DNA of 64,000 nt, from assembly GCA_000708835.1 (NCBI GenBank), contig DF236960.1, positions 396,847-460,846 on the forward strand, in the 5' to 3' direction. Source of the DNA: Klebsormidium nitens. Taxonomy: Eukaryota > Plantae > Klebsormidiophyceae. The notes below the pieces were generated by a model. It worked only from the letters and a program-made list of their open reading frames with translations. It was not told the DNA's origin and searched no databases. The position numbers and the translations under genes are program-made. This document shows, in pieces, positions 62,544 to 64,000 of the stretch. Every line of letters starts with the position of its first letter. Within the stretch, counting starts at the first letter, position 1.

Positions 62544-63659
62544 ATGGGTCTCCTCGCGAGTTGCAAGAGAGTCGGCTTAAGATTGGTGCGAGCTGTGTGC
62601 GGAGGTGCTGAAAGGAGAGGAAGTACGGCGGAGAGAAAGGCAGCCTTGCAGTGTGAACTGGGCTCTCGCGGGAAACATCGCGGGAAACAGAAGCCAGTTG
62701 TGACGTCTGCGCCGGAAGGGCAGAACGAGGCCGGTCTTGAGATACGTGCCCGGGGACAAGGTACCACAATTCAGGATCTTGACACGCAGTGTCTTTCCCG
62801 CATTATGTGGCACTTGCAGGAGGAGCACATGGTTTGCTTCGACGGCCCACCCTCTCCGAACGAATCCCTCAAGGCCTGCTCTCTGGTGTGCCGTGAGTGG
62901 CTCAAAGCGGCCAGCTATGCCAAGAAGACTCTAACCCTACGGGGAGGGGCCCAGGTTTCCGCCCTTCCCAAACTCCTTTCTCGTTTTCCAGACCTCCAAG
63001 GTGTTCAATTCCGGGATGTTCGGATAGAACTAGAGCGAGGGCGCGGAGCGAAAACTTCCGGTAGCCTGAAGAAGCGGGGAAAGCGGCTTCCGGCAGCTTC
63101 CGCTGGTCTCTGCGACCTTCCGTTGGAGTTGCTGGTGCCCAGCTGTCGCCGTTTGAACTTCTTGAAGCTGATCAAGTGCACGAAAGTTTCAGACGCTGGG
63201 CTTAACGCAGTTATAAGGGGATGCACAGCCTTGCTATCCTTGCAATTAGAGAAGTGCGGGGGATTCAGTGGGGCTGCGTTCGAGGGCGTTCAGTGTCAAA
63301 TACAAGGACTGGTGCTGGACTCCTGCTGTGATCTAACAAGCGCGGGGCTCAAAGCAGCTGCGGCCGCATGCCCATCCCTGCAAACCCTCTGCATTACAAA
63401 TGACGGCGATGGTCCTGATCTATCCGCCGGAGTTGAGGGCTTTGCCAAGTGGTGTCCTGGCCCCGTCCTGGCTTGCAGTTGCCAGATCACAGACAGCACT
63501 CTGCGCAACTTCGTGGTCGGTTGCCGCCTGCTGGATGAGGCTGTCATATACTTTGAGGACGGCATCACAGATGATGGAGTTGATGCCTTCATGACGGGCT
63601 TGCCGAGCCTGAACCGCGTCAAGCTCCTGTTGAACCGCCAGCTTTCCCGCAAGGGGTGA
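62544..63659 (+). CDS. F-box/LRR-repeat protein, tandem paralogue of 59483-61325 (3' end uncertain)
   Basis: F-box IQDLDTQCLSRIM...ACSLVCREW; LRRs CRRLNFLKLIKCTKVSDAGLNAVIRGC, LDSCCDLTSAGL. A phase-2 donor GG|gtgagt at 63656 matches the paralogue's intron position, but no second exon is evident in the window. Confidence 0.85.
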   Translation: MGLLASCKRVGLRLVRAVCGGAERRGSTAERKAALQCELGSRGKHRGKQKPVVTSAPEGQNEAGLEIRARGQGTTIQDLDTQCLSRIMWHLQEEHMVCFDGPPSPNESLKACSLVCREWLKAASYAKKTLTLRGGAQVSALPKLLSRFPDLQGVQFRDVRIELERGRGAKTSGSLKKRGKRLPAASAGLCDLPLELLVPSCRRLNFLKLIKCTKVSDAGLNAVIRGCTALLSLQLEKCGGFSGAAFEGVQCQIQGLVLDSCCDLTSAGLKAAAAACPSLQTLCITNDGDGPDLSAGVEGFAKWCPGPVLACSCQITDSTLRNFVVGCRLLDEAVIYFEDGITDDGVDAFMTGLPSLNRVKLLLNRQLSRKG

Positions 63660-64000
63660 GTAAGTTCGGAGAAGTTCTTTGTGCCCAGCCACGCTGATTA
63701 ATCGGCAATTGGTTACAGGGAGCGGTAGTATAAAGATGCGAAATGCTTCGTCGCTCTATCCGGTTGATATGACGATACTAAAGCGTCTCTGTAACGGCAC
63801 GACTGCGCACCGACTCCCGGCTGCGCGCTGAACTCGCGGCCGCGCATCGTCCGTTATTATACGCTATCGACTTATTGAATCACTACACGCCACGTGTCCA
63901 GGTTACTGCTTCACCGCGTGACCGTCCGATAAGACCCACGTGCACCGCGCGCCTGGGAACCGTCCGATAAGCTTTTTAAACTAAGCTTATGGCCGGCCGA

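Overview
Intron-rich eukaryotic DNA with GT-AG introns of about 100-900 bp. The gene content looks like a green or streptophyte alga (Klebsormidium-like); that is an inference. The window is dominated by locally duplicated genes. In order: the first exon of a GRDP/DUF1399-like gene at the left edge, a 5-exon MATE/DTX transporter, and a decayed tandemly duplicated multi-exon segment (8.2-12.0 kb). Next come a head-to-head pair of intronless F-box-LRR-Armadillo genes and four 9-exon TraB/PrgY-domain paralogues (two on +, one of them frameshifted; two on -). Orphan exons lie at 45-53 kb and a tandem pair of F-box/LRR genes closes the window. I also found a 435-bp non-autonomous DNA transposon (16-bp TIR, 8-bp TSD) and a 240-bp foldback inside a TraB intron. 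The most interesting signal is the TraB array. It keeps the putative metal ligands, splits into two N-terminal types, and in the two minus-strand copies the membrane-anchor exon depends on a conserved non-canonical GC donor. No rRNA, tRNA or CRISPR array was seen. All family calls come from motif recognition by eye, not database searches.
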